Below the pieces are notes generated by a model, which worked only from the letters and a program-made list of their open reading frames with translations, had not been told where the DNA came from and made no database searches. DNA of 59,924 bases, the filler included, from Stramenopiles sp. TOSAG23-2 (Eukaryota): assembly GCA_900128395.1 (NCBI GenBank). It is 3 parts of 3 records of this genome, joined end to end, with 100 filler letters (N's around TTAATTAATTAA, not from the genome) between each part and the next. Parts side by side here need not be neighbours in the genome. Positions count along the whole stretch, not along the records: positions 20,019 to 39,925 come from LT649570.1; positions 40,026 to 59,924 come from LT649571.1; 1 more part is not named here. The stretch is one strand, 5' to 3'. Made by a program: the position numbers and the translations under genes. This document shows positions 31,461 through 42,400 of the stretch, piece after piece (positions within the stretch are counted from its first letter, which is position 1; the number at the start of each line of letters is the position of its first letter).

Positions 31461-32096
31461 ATTCCCACTACGTTATCGATTATGACAAGAAGGAAAACGC
31501 AAAAATGGAATGATGAGAAGTTTCTCTGTATATATATCTATATATATATTGTCGTAAAGAAGGAGGAGATGCATGTTAATGTAGGTGTTATTTAATTAAA
31601 ATTAATAATAAAAAAAAATATTTTAATAGATCTAATTCTAGAATAATAATAAAAAAAAATTATTAATTAATAATAAAAAAAATATTCTTAGCTTAGTATT
31701 CTAAATCTGTACTAATAAAAGCTACAGTTAACACAGAACCTTTTATAATAGAGTGTAGTAAAATATACATAGGGTGATGCTAATATGCCCATCAAGTTTT
31801 TTTATAACCATCATCTTCTTCTTCTATTATTATACAGCCTTTTTTTTTTTTTATTAAATAGCTTACCAGGCTTACCATTATTATTAATTATACCATCATA
31901 ATGGCATAGGAAAAAAAAAGGCAGTTTTACTTCTTATTATTATTACTGTTATGGTATTATTCCTGGAATTATTATTAATAAATGTGCAACTTTACACAAT
32001 ACATATTCGTGCAAAAAGTATAATAAGAGTAAAATAGATTTAAAATTAATATATATTGAATTCATACCTTCGTGTTTCTAAAACACCTATTTCAAC

Positions 32097-34973
32097 ATGG
32101 CACAATACGACAAGTTAATCGGTGATAGGTTGGAATTAAAAGTTGTATATGCGACGTCAGCTGAGGATTTACATTCAGCTGCAAACTTAGAGTTATTGCC
32201 ATTGATTGGCGAGAAAGCAATTACGTGGTCAAACTTGAAATGGGTATCGACCAGATATTGTACATATCCACAAACACTTATTTTCGAAATTACAGAATCA
32301 TCAGCATTGATAAAGGAATTGCGACTTGTATCGCATGAACATATGATTGGCAAACGAATAGAATTATTTGTTGGCATTGGTAAAGATTTTAAAACTTGTG
32401 ATTTTCGTCGCATAGGACATGTATATTTTAGTAGCAATAGACAAACTGGATTTACAGCAAGAGAAAAAAAAAATATTAAAATGGATGCAACTGCTAATTT
32501 TTTCAAACTTTCAATTACAGAATGCCATCAAACAGTAAAAAACCTATACGAACAAGTCAGTTTAGTAGCAGTTGAGGCTTATGGCATCAATAATGTCCCT
32601 CACGTATCAAATTTAAATGTCGCATATGAGTCACCCATCAAGTCAAAAATAAACATGCCGAATGATGATCCAACCTCAAAATTTGTATTGCCAAAGTTAG
32701 GGGAGTGGAATGCACTAGAAGCACATAGCGAAATAAGCACAGAGGCGGACGTAAATGAAGTAGACCAAGTATTATTATCTTTAGGATTAGGTTTCGATTT
32801 AGTAGCCGCTAGTCGACCAGCTGTAACGATGGATTTAGCAACACAACGATTATTAGCAGTAGTTGAATCGGAGAAAGACCGTGCTGTGAATAGAGAAGAT
32901 TTCGTTAAAGCACAGAAAATACAAGAACAAATTAACCAATTGCGTGATATTGGTATACAATTAATAATAGAGGAAGAAAATAAACATTATGCCATTGCAT
33001 GTGATGATTATAAAACAGCTTCATTAGCAAAGAAAAAGATAACTCGAATGTTTACCATTAGAGAGGAAATAGCATCTGAAAATCAATTCAGACGAGATGC
33101 ATTAGATAATAACATAATTAAAAAGAAACCAAAAAAGAAAAAACCTACTTTGTCACCAAAACGTCCAGCTAAAATTAAGAAAAAGTCACCCATGCCTAAA
33201 AGTCAACCATCTCCTAAAGTGAAACAATTGAATTTAAGTGGTATTACTGGCAATCAAAATGCAGATAGAGCGATTAAACCAGCAAGTACAACTGATGGTG
33301 TTATGAATGAAACTTCTTCTGCTTTATTGATACAGAAAATGCACCGTGGTAAACAACAAAGACAAATCTTGGGTAAAAAATATAAAGTAGTATTACATTT
33401 ACAAGCAGCTTATCGTGGAAATAAAGTAAGGCTTGAATTGACACCGGAGCAAAAACAAACGTTACAAGAGGCGCGGGAAAAAAGACAAGAAGTGGAAGAT
33501 GAGAAAGAATCCGCGAAAAAAATTCAAGCCGTTTTCCGTGGACGCAAGGTAAGAGAAAACATGTCTGAAGAACATAAAGAAACCATAGAACTTGCAAAGA
33601 CTACACGAATAGCGGAGGAAAGAGGCAAAGAAATTGCAGCAAAAAAAATACAAAAAACCTACAAAGCAAAAAAAGAAAATGAAGAAAATAATGCAGCTGC
33701 CAAAATACAAGCTTCCTTCCGTGGTAAACAAGCAAGAAAAGAAGTTGATAATAAAAGAAAGGGAAGATCACGTAATGAACGCCCAGTAGGTGCTGCATTT
33801 CATAACTTTGATGAACGCGACCCTTTTGGACAACCTGTAAATCAAGCGGAGAAAAAAAATGACGAGACCAAGAAAAACAAACGTGCTAGGGCTAATCCAA
33901 ACGATCCATTACAAGCACAATTAGAAGCATGGATAGAAAGTGAATTGCCTGATAAAAATATTGAATTGCCAGATTTATTAGAAGGATTTGAGAGAACATC
34001 AGCCAGTCAAATAATAGAAGCATTTGGGGAAACAATTGCTGCGTGCACATGGTCAAAAAATTGGAAATTGCGAGTGGCTGCAGCTGGAACGGTAGCAAAC
34101 CATTGTGATAAATTACAAGTCAATAAACCATTAATCTTTCGTGCGCATTGTATGTTAGGAGAACGCCTATTTAATGATAAAAATCCATCAGTTGTCTTTA
34201 GAATGCTTATTTTATCTAAAAAAATATTTACCTTATGTAAAGGTAACGATGGCGGTATGAATGTAGATCTTGTAGCTGGTGGTTTGGATCGTATGATACC
34301 AACTTTATTGCAACGCACTGGTGATAACAACAAAAATATTAGAGAGAAAGTTACGGAATATATAGTAGGTGAGCTTTGTAATACACTTACTGGGCCATCA
34401 CATATTTTTAAGAAAGTAGAGGAGTATGAAAAAACAGTTAAATCGATTAAAGCTATTTGCGGCGTGTCAATCTTAATGAAAACCTTACTTGAGAAATACG
34501 ACATTGAGAAAAAGAGTGGCATTTCCTTCAATTCTGTGATGAAAATAGTGGTAACAGATCTAAGACATGGGAACCCAGATGTCCGTGCATGTGCTGTTGA
34601 TTTATGTACTATTGTACATTTTAAAAATAACAAGGTAGAAAGTCATTTAGTAGGAGTGAAATTATCAACATTGAAAGTGCTTAAAGATAGTATTATAAAA
34701 TATTATGGCAACAATAGCAAAGACGGGAAAAAATTTGAAAAGTTTACAGATAAAAAATTATTGCAATATATACAAAAGGAGGAAAAAAAGGGCAATGGAC
34801 GTAACAATAATAATTCTAATCAAAAGAAAAAGCAATTTTTAATGAGAAAAGATAACAATAACAATGGCAAAAATACAGAAGCTTCTGCTGCGATTTCTAC
34901 AAAACAAGCGACAGGGAACAGAAATAATAATGAAAAAAAACAAAAAACAAGTCGTAAAAAGAAAGGGAAGTAA
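32097..34973 (+). CDS. CEP104: CEP104-like ciliary protein (jelly-roll domain, coiled coil, IQ motifs, TOG/HEAT)
   Basis: WVSTRYCTYPQ..LVSHEHMIGKRIELF..FTAREKKNI..NLYEQVSLVAV; KDRAVNREDF/DDYKTA repeats; WSKNWKLR TOG start. Confidence 0.8.
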   Translation: MAQYDKLIGDRLELKVVYATSAEDLHSAANLELLPLIGEKAITWSNLKWVSTRYCTYPQTLIFEITESSALIKELRLVSHEHMIGKRIELFVGIGKDFKTCDFRRIGHVYFSSNRQTGFTAREKKNIKMDATANFFKLSITECHQTVKNLYEQVSLVAVEAYGINNVPHVSNLNVAYESPIKSKINMPNDDPTSKFVLPKLGEWNALEAHSEISTEADVNEVDQVLLSLGLGFDLVAASRPAVTMDLATQRLLAVVESEKDRAVNREDFVKAQKIQEQINQLRDIGIQLIIEEENKHYAIACDDYKTASLAKKKITRMFTIREEIASENQFRRDALDNNIIKKKPKKKKPTLSPKRPAKIKKKSPMPKSQPSPKVKQLNLSGITGNQNADRAIKPASTTDGVMNETSSALLIQKMHRGKQQRQILGKKYKVVLHLQAAYRGNKVRLELTPEQKQTLQEAREKRQEVEDEKESAKKIQAVFRGRKVRENMSEEHKETIELAKTTRIAEERGKEIAAKKIQKTYKAKKENEENNAAAKIQASFRGKQARKEVDNKRKGRSRNERPVGAAFHNFDERDPFGQPVNQAEKKNDETKKNKRARANPNDPLQAQLEAWIESELPDKNIELPDLLEGFERTSASQIIEAFGETIAACTWSKNWKLRVAAAGTVANHCDKLQVNKPLIFRAHCMLGERLFNDKNPSVVFRMLILSKKIFTLCKGNDGGMNVDLVAGGLDRMIPTLLQRTGDNNKNIREKVTEYIVGELCNTLTGPSHIFKKVEEYEKTVKSIKAICGVSILMKTLLEKYDIEKKSGISFNSVMKIVVTDLRHGNPDVRACAVDLCTIVHFKNNKVESHLVGVKLSTLKVLKDSIIKYYGNNSKDGKKFEKFTDKKLLQYIQKEEKKGNGRNNNNSNQKKKQFLMRKDNNNNGKNTEASAAISTKQATGNRNNNEKKQKTSRKKKGK

Positions 34974-35110
34974 AACCACACACACACATATAAAAAAATG
35001 TAAAACAGAAAAACTATGATTATTAATGTCTCTACGAACGCTTCGTATAATATTTTTATATTTTTTACGCGCGTATATTATTGTGTACATGCACCCTCTC
35101 CCTTCTCTTT

Positions 35111-36007
35111 TCACTTTTTGGTACCACCACGTGAACTATTATTACGAATATTAGTTTCTTCATTTTGGTTATTCGTACTATGCATACTACTATTCGCTGT
35201 TGTATTACCATAATTATTTTCTAATACATCTGCTGCGGTTGTTACAATACTATGAACACCAAATGCTATAACAGCACCTACAACGATTGCACCAACTATT
35301 GACGTAAACGAACTACTCGTAGTTGCATTATCACTATATCTAGACAAAGATGGTTGGCTGTCGTCGTTGTTGTAAATGGTGCTGTTATTTGTTCTTGTAG
35401 CAGTAAAATTATTGTATTTCTTGGTACTTTTATTATTATTGTTTTTCTTTTTCTTTTTTCGTGTAACAATAATTTTCCTAGCTCTTCCGCTGCTACTGTA
35501 GCTACTATCATTTCGTTTACTAGTGCTATCCGCCAACATCATGGATTGTTCTTCTTCATAATCTTGTGCTTGCCTAAGCAATCGTTTTAATTGCACACCA
35601 GTAAATGCATATAATGTCATTTCTTGTCTCAATTCTTCATATGTAAATCCTTTTAAATCATCCAAAGACTCAACACCGAAGGAAAATAAACTTTTAACTA
35701 ATAGTTTACGTCGTTTATCTGGTATCCGCCGTGGAGTAAGTTGATCAACAATGCGTTCTACACGCCTTACTTCAGGTGTTGGAGGGCTATCAATTAAATC
35801 TGACGGAGAATTATACATTGGTGGAGTTGATATTTTATTTTTGTTGTTTTCCAAAATAATAGAAGTTGCTCTTCTTGTTTGTTGTGTCTTTGGTGTATAT
35901 TTTAATCTCCGTTTGGATTTAGCACTATTGTTATTATTATTATTCATTATACCTGAATTATCCATATTAGTTTGTTCGTAATACACTGGGTAATAGCTGC
36001 CGTTCAT
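35111..36007 (-). CDS. Hypothetical protein with a SAM-like segment and one C-terminal TM helix
   Basis: GVESLDDLKGFTYEELRQE..GVQLKRLL; TM IVGAIVVGAVIAFGV. Confidence 0.6.
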   Translation of the reverse strand: MNGSYYPVYYEQTNMDNSGIMNNNNNNSAKSKRRLKYTPKTQQTRRATSIILENNKNKISTPPMYNSPSDLIDSPPTPEVRRVERIVDQLTPRRIPDKRRKLLVKSLFSFGVESLDDLKGFTYEELRQEMTLYAFTGVQLKRLLRQAQDYEEEQSMMLADSTSKRNDSSYSSSGRARKIIVTRKKKKKNNNNKSTKKYNNFTATRTNNSTIYNNDDSQPSLSRYSDNATTSSSFTSIVGAIVVGAVIAFGVHSIVTTAADVLENNYGNTTANSSMHSTNNQNEETNIRNNSSRGGTKK

Positions 36008-36564
36008 TTATATCTATCTTATCTTACCTTCTAAAAAACCAATTTCTTTTTTTTATATATATATTTAATTATATTGTATATAACAATGAATAGATAGATG
36101 GTATAAGTATTCATATATTGTTCATAAAATTATATTTCTTTGGGATGTGATTGAATATATATTGTAGGTAAATAAATAATTAATAATTAAAATCATTTTT
36201 ATTTTATTTTTTATTTTTTTCCTAACGTTTTTGTTGTTCCCCTTTCGTCTTCTGCGGATTGGCATGATGCGTTTTGCGTTTTATAATATATGGAAATACT
36301 ATTGATTTGATCATTTATATAGGAAAAACAATTGTACTTAGTAGAATAACTGTCTCTGGATGTACACATTCGTTCATCAATATATATATATATATATATG
36401 TATTTATACATTTAGATGTAACATTAACGATTGATGGACAATGTGGAAAGGATTAGATATTATATTATTGCAAGTGGAGCAACGTTAATAGTACTATTAT
36501 TGTGCATTGAAAAACAACAAAAGAAAAATACGTATAACTTATATATATATATATATATATAATC

Positions 36565-37812
36565 ATGTCATCCTCACCAAATATACATAATTCATCTGCT
36601 ATTAAAAGGGCACAAAGAATACGTTCGGAGGCAAACAATATATTAGGCAACACATCCAAGTCAAGATCATCACCATCTTCCCTTTCCTTTGCAAGTACTG
36701 TAAGAACGGCTAAAGGTGTTAAAAGAGCATCAAACCGATTATCACAAATTGTAACAAATGTGGAAGGTAAGCATGATGTAGAAAAGACACATAAAAGTAT
36801 TAAATCGAGTCAATCAAGGCGTGGTATGCGTCAATCGATGGATAATTTATTTAATAAAATTAATAAAGTTGAAACACAAAATTTTGGTCAAATTGTTACA
36901 CCAAAATCAGTCACTGAAGCGTTTGAATTGCTGAAACAACGAACGAAAGACCCTTCATGTTTAGCATCTATTGATATTATTGAAGATGAATTGAAACGTA
37001 GCAATGAGGCGGAACATAAAGCTGTAATGGATTTACATATAACAAATGATGAATTACACGCTATACGAAATCATTCAAAAGAAGTGCAAGATCAATTATC
37101 TACTTCCAATTCAGAATTACAATTATTAAGAGGTAAAGAAGTTGAAAAAAATGCCATGGATGACGAGCGTGATCATAAAATGCGTCAGTTAAAATCGTCA
37201 GAACAAATTATGAAAAATGATTTAGAGCAAGCACGGGCACAAATACGTAAATTACAAGAAAGTAATGATCGCTTACGTCATCAAGTTCGAACGAAAGAAG
37301 TGGAAAATACGACTGATATGGAAAAAACAAAAGCAGAGTTAGCATGGGCAACAAATGAATTAAATGAATTGAAACAAAAACATTTACATGCTACACGTAA
37401 TTTAGATACTTTACAAAATGTGATTGATAATAAAGCATCCACATCAAAAAGTGTATTTGAGAAATTTAAAGTTCAAAACCAATCATTAAGGGAACAAGTG
37501 GAAGAATTGTCTGAAAAATCAAACCAACAGGAAGAATTATTAATACAAGTACAAAGTTTAAAAGAACAAATATATTTTTTACAAAATGATAATACTGATT
37601 CTACAAATAAACACGAAGAACGTATGGCATTTATCATATCATGGTTATTAGAGTTACATAGTACAAATTATGATGAAAATGGAAATTTAAGATCGGGAAA
37701 TGATCATAACAATTTGGATAGATCATCCATACAGATGTTAAATGAATTAAGACAAGTATATGATCAAGAAATGAGCAATGCAATTGCAATTCGACGTGTA
37801 GAGGATTTGTGA
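36565..37812 (+). CDS. Hypothetical coiled-coil protein
   Basis: 415-aa ORF with a basic Ser-rich N-terminus and a long heptad region. Confidence 0.75.
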   Translation: MSSSPNIHNSSAIKRAQRIRSEANNILGNTSKSRSSPSSLSFASTVRTAKGVKRASNRLSQIVTNVEGKHDVEKTHKSIKSSQSRRGMRQSMDNLFNKINKVETQNFGQIVTPKSVTEAFELLKQRTKDPSCLASIDIIEDELKRSNEAEHKAVMDLHITNDELHAIRNHSKEVQDQLSTSNSELQLLRGKEVEKNAMDDERDHKMRQLKSSEQIMKNDLEQARAQIRKLQESNDRLRHQVRTKEVENTTDMEKTKAELAWATNELNELKQKHLHATRNLDTLQNVIDNKASTSKSVFEKFKVQNQSLREQVEELSEKSNQQEELLIQVQSLKEQIYFLQNDNTDSTNKHEERMAFIISWLLELHSTNYDENGNLRSGNDHNNLDRSSIQMLNELRQVYDQEMSNAIAIRRVEDL

Positions 37813-38027
37813 AACAAAACACGGAAAGGTATAAAGGCAAGAAAAAAGAGAGGAAAGTTTTTATTAAAAATAAAGTAAAGAACATATTTAAATATATATA
37901 TACAAAATGAGATTTGTTAAAATTTTTAAATTTTTAAAAAATAACGTTTCTTAAACAAAGATGTACACTTCATTTTTTAAAATGTCTCTCTCACACAGAC
38001 TTTCACACAGATTTTTATTTTCTTTTT

Positions 38028-38936
38028 TTATCGTGCAACAACGGTTGTACAACGTGCTTTGCTTACAATGAAATCACTTACAGATCCTAAAATTTCTTTT
38101 CCTCTTTTTAATGCTTCCATTCCATCTAACCCAACAACTATGTATGTAGCACCAATATCAGCTGCAATATTTAATAATTGACGTCCGATTTGTATTTTTC
38201 TATCTCTTAAATAATATCTCGCATCGCCATTTTGCATACCAGCATTTTGCATTTCAACTTTACATTCTTCCAACAATTTTTCAACTTGAAAGCCTTTTGC
38301 TTGTGCCCATTCATCCAATATATTCACAACTAATACTTGATCTTGTGGCTTTGCATATTGTTTTACATAATCTAATGCTTTTTGCGCACGTGAACTACCA
38401 TCATGGCCAACCATATAGATGGCACTATTGTCCCCTAATACAACGTCCGAGTTTGGTTTTGCAGTTAATATTGTAATAGGACAGCGCCTTAAACTATGCT
38501 GTGCATTTGAACCACTTGCCCATACAGAAGGACCTTTTCTACCAAATGCACCAAGGCATAATAAATCAGCTTCAACATCTTCTACTTTCTCTAGAATCAT
38601 TCCAGCTATAGTTTCATCTTCACCCCTACTTTCAATAATGATTTCAAATTGACTCATTTTTAAACCAGCTTCATAACATGTATTTTCAAACTCAATTTCT
38701 AAATATTCTGGTGAAAAATACCCTGGTATACCTTTCTTTCTTGGATTCCATATATGATAAACTATTAAATTGTTATTTTGTTGATGACATAACGTAGCAG
38801 CCGTTGCCATAGCTTTTCTAGAAACACGTGATCCATCAACTGCTACTAATATATTTTTCGATGCTTTTTCTGGTTGTTGTTGGGCATCAATGACATTGGA
38901 TGCATCAACATCCGTTTGTGGTACTAATTCAGACAT
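38028..38936 (-). CDS. Universal stress protein (two tandem USP/UspA domains)
   Basis: ILVAVDGS..ADLLCLGAFGRKG..GSNA, then YMVGHDGS..YIVVG..ILGSVSDFIVSKARC. Confidence 0.9.
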   Translation of the reverse strand: MSELVPQTDVDASNVIDAQQQPEKASKNILVAVDGSRVSRKAMATAATLCHQQNNNLIVYHIWNPRKKGIPGYFSPEYLEIEFENTCYEAGLKMSQFEIIIESRGEDETIAGMILEKVEDVEADLLCLGAFGRKGPSVWASGSNAQHSLRRCPITILTAKPNSDVVLGDNSAIYMVGHDGSSRAQKALDYVKQYAKPQDQVLVVNILDEWAQAKGFQVEKLLEECKVEMQNAGMQNGDARYYLRDRKIQIGRQLLNIAADIGATYIVVGLDGMEALKRGKEILGSVSDFIVSKARCTTVVAR

Positions 38937-39925
38937 GGTTATTGATGTTGTTTTGTTTTATTTTATTATATTTGCAGGGGTTTGTGTGTTGTATGTTTGT
39001 ATACATGTATATGATGTTTTTATGATGTGTTTATTTTTTATAATGCCGTTACTCGATAATATTTTTTTTTGGACTATAAGAATAGTTAGAATTAGGGTTA
39101 TAAAAAAAATAGCCTTTGAAAAATGCAAATAAAAAGAATATATTGTCTAAAAAGACACCACCATCCATATACAATATATATCCCACCCTAAGGTGCCAGG
39201 TATCCATCTTCTTCGAATATATGTGCACAAATAGAATCATTATCATCAAATAATCTAATATTCTATGTGTAATTCTTTTACACATATAATTACATTCTTT
39301 TACACATATTATATAGATTATTTTTAGCATGTACCTCTCCTTGCAATATATTGTCCAAATAGATACCACCATGTATATGCAATACATACCCAACCCTATA
39401 TTGAATTAATTCCACCTCATCATCAATTGTACTTCCTCATTATGTTGCTCAGTTTAACCATATAGTCACCATCCGCTTGATACAGATACAAGTTCTGTCT
39501 TCTTGTAAACAATATCAGTTTATTAAATTTTAAATGAAATTTTACAGTGTTAGTGTTATGAAATATATTTGTAATGATTACCTTTGTTTTCTTGTCAAAC
39601 AACAAATTCTTTGCAATGACATCATCTTTGGTTTTTTGTTTCTTTTTTAGCGGCATCTTCATTTTATATCAATAATGTAGAAGTATTAGATCCGTTCCAA
39701 ACCACAAATTTTGATGAAGACACAAGGAACATATAAATATATAACATAATACAAAAAGAAAATACAACATACATATAAACAATTAATAATAATTATAATA
39801 TATACATAATACAAAAAGAAAATACAACAAGAAGAGAAATATACAAAGCTGGTACTTTATTTGTGGCACACAACATGAACCAAACCCAATCCCAGAACCA
39901 TTTATCAAGGCAGCAGAAATGCAAA

Positions 39926-40025
39926 NNNNNNNNNNNNNNNNNNNNNNNNNNNNNNNNNNNNNNNNNNNNTTAATTAATTAANNNNNNNNNNNNNNNNNNN
40001 NNNNNNNNNNNNNNNNNNNNNNNNN
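39926..40025. other. Artificial contig linker (44N-TTAATTAATTAA-44N)
   Basis: Same spacer as at 19919. Confidence 0.95.
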
Positions 40026-40220
40026 GACACTACCAAGGCAAATAAATTATGCGTAAATTAAATTAATTATTTTTTTAAAATAAATATATATCATATCATA
40101 TTCGTATAATATATATCATATACGAGTATATAAATGTCATATTTTGTATCATATGCATATCATAATATTTTTATGATATCATATGTATCATATCATATGA
40201 TATCTTTCTCCTTTTTTTTT

Positions 40221-41399
40221 TTAATTCTTCTTCTTTGTGAAAAAGGCAAATAACTTCTTAGTACCTTTTGAAGCTTTTACTAAATGTTTATTTGGTTTTG
40301 CACGTTTTACTTGATTTTTACCATCACTATTACCATTATGAAATGATCTTTTCTTGCTACTAGAATTATTCATGGAGCTAAAATCAGGTGCAATATTTAA
40401 TAAACCGCGTAAACTATCACCAGATACTTCATTTTGCATTTGCCATTTAGATGCTCGTTGTTCTTGTGGTTTTGGTTCAACTTCAGTAGTTTCTATACTA
40501 GTTGTACTTTCGTTGCGACTGGCAACACCAGGTGGAGATGCAATTTGTATACTTTCGCCTGCATTTTCTCGGATTAATGCATCCAAATCATCTTCAAACT
40601 CATTGTTGTTATTGATTGGTTTTCTCTTTGGTTTCACAGGTGATTTTCGTATTGCCGTTCGTTTTCTCTTAGTAATTTCTTCCATTGAAATTTGATATAT
40701 TGTTGATAATTTTTCAAGTAATTGATTTGGAATATATTCTGATATAAACCGTAATGCGTACAATTTCATCTTTCGTTCTTTTTCTTTATTTTTAGCATCA
40801 ATATCAGCTATATTAGGATTTTTGGTTCCAGCAAGGACAAACGATTTTGCTACACCAGAATTAGCATTATTATCATCCAACGCTTCACTCATGGTATCTA
40901 GTTGTTTTATTAAATTTTTAATTTTTAATTGCAACCAACTAATTGTTTTCTCTTCATTGTAACGATAAAAAATGCTATCTGGTCCATATTGGTCATTCAC
41001 ATCACAAATATGTTTCAAATTTAAATCCTTGCAATGCCCAATTCGTTTAGATTCCGGTGCTTTTTCCGATAGAAACAATTGATCAGATGGTCGCATGCGT
41101 GTACTTGTACATAGAAATGATAATGCTAAAAAAAGAGGGTCAATTGGTGTCGCTATCACTAAGGAACCATCACTTATCACGCTATCACCAACAAACCAAC
41201 TTGCATAACCAGTTTCTTCACCTAACATAGGATAACCGGTTTGCAGCTCATAAATTTTCGTACCAACGAATAAAAACGGCGTTTTCCTATTTGTTCTTGG
41301 ATGTAATAGACTAATTATATTTGCGTCGATATTTGAATTTGCTGTTTGTTTTGGTGGCAAATCTGAAATTGCTATGACCCATTGTTTTCCACTTGCCAT
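40221..41399 (-). CDS. RNASEH2B: Ribonuclease H2 subunit B
   Basis: LLHPRT, SWFVGDSVISDGSLVIATPIDPLFLAL, LKHICD, YRYNEEKTISWL, C-terminal PIP-like KKLFAFF. Likely start MASG at 41399. Confidence 0.9.
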   Translation of the reverse strand: MASGKQWVIAISDLPPKQTANSNIDANIISLLHPRTNRKTPFLFVGTKIYELQTGYPMLGEETGYASWFVGDSVISDGSLVIATPIDPLFLALSFLCTSTRMRPSDQLFLSEKAPESKRIGHCKDLNLKHICDVNDQYGPDSIFYRYNEEKTISWLQLKIKNLIKQLDTMSEALDDNNANSGVAKSFVLAGTKNPNIADIDAKNKEKERKMKLYALRFISEYIPNQLLEKLSTIYQISMEEITKRKRTAIRKSPVKPKRKPINNNNEFEDDLDALIRENAGESIQIASPPGVASRNESTTSIETTEVEPKPQEQRASKWQMQNEVSGDSLRGLLNIAPDFSSMNNSSSKKRSFHNGNSDGKNQVKRAKPNKHLVKASKGTKKLFAFFTKKKN

Positions 41400-42400
41400 G
41401 ATAAAATCTTGTAATTGTGTGTATGTATGTATATCTACGTGTCTGCGCGTTAATAATCTCTTTAACCGTTTAATTCCTTTTTTGCTGTTCAATAATATTG
41501 TGTGGTATCTTAAGAACTGTTGCTTAACTGATCATCTAGATCTGTTGTATCATAGAATCTTGTAATGTACAGAAGAGTTTTGCAAGAGTATATATATATT
41601 ATGATTTGAAATATTGATTATTACAACATCATCTCAATGTATTTGCATATTAGCATACACACACCACCTAATAAATAGCTTAAGCTATAGACTATGAGCT
41701 AGTATAATAATATCATTACAATATGAATATAGTGTGGGATAAAAATTGGTTTTTGAAATTCAGATTTATTATTTCATTTGCACATTATAGATTTTAATTT
41801 GCGTTGCATTTATTTTTAAGGCCAAGAACACATTAACATACAGTATTTATGTTTTACATGACGGGAGTATACATCCTTAAATATTATTTCATTTTGATAG
41901 GTGTAGTTTATACTAATTACAATAAGAACAAAAATCATCCTCTTGTATAGTTTGTAGTTTATGACGACTTGCCTATAATAGGCTTGCAAGCGGGCAAGAT
42001 ATTTGGAATTTGGACCACAGGAAATGCCTCTGCGTGGTGTCCATATATACATGTGTCCAGAGAAGCACACACTATTAATAACACCAAAAAGATATTATAT
42101 ACATCTGTAGTTTAATATATAATACATATTGTTGATTTGCTTTAGTGAATATATACACAGATATGTATAGGAAGACAATTATATGAAAGATATAATCGAT
42201 ACATTATAATATATTGTGGTAAATATAACACATTAGTAAGTTATCTCAATTAAAGTATATATATATATACATACACGCACACACAAGTATCATATAATAA
42301 AATTATTATTATTAAAAATATTTATAATTATAGTAGGTAGTTCTTAGATATATTACGCAGTATATATCCCAAGAATATCCTTTTTAAAAAAAAAATAAAA

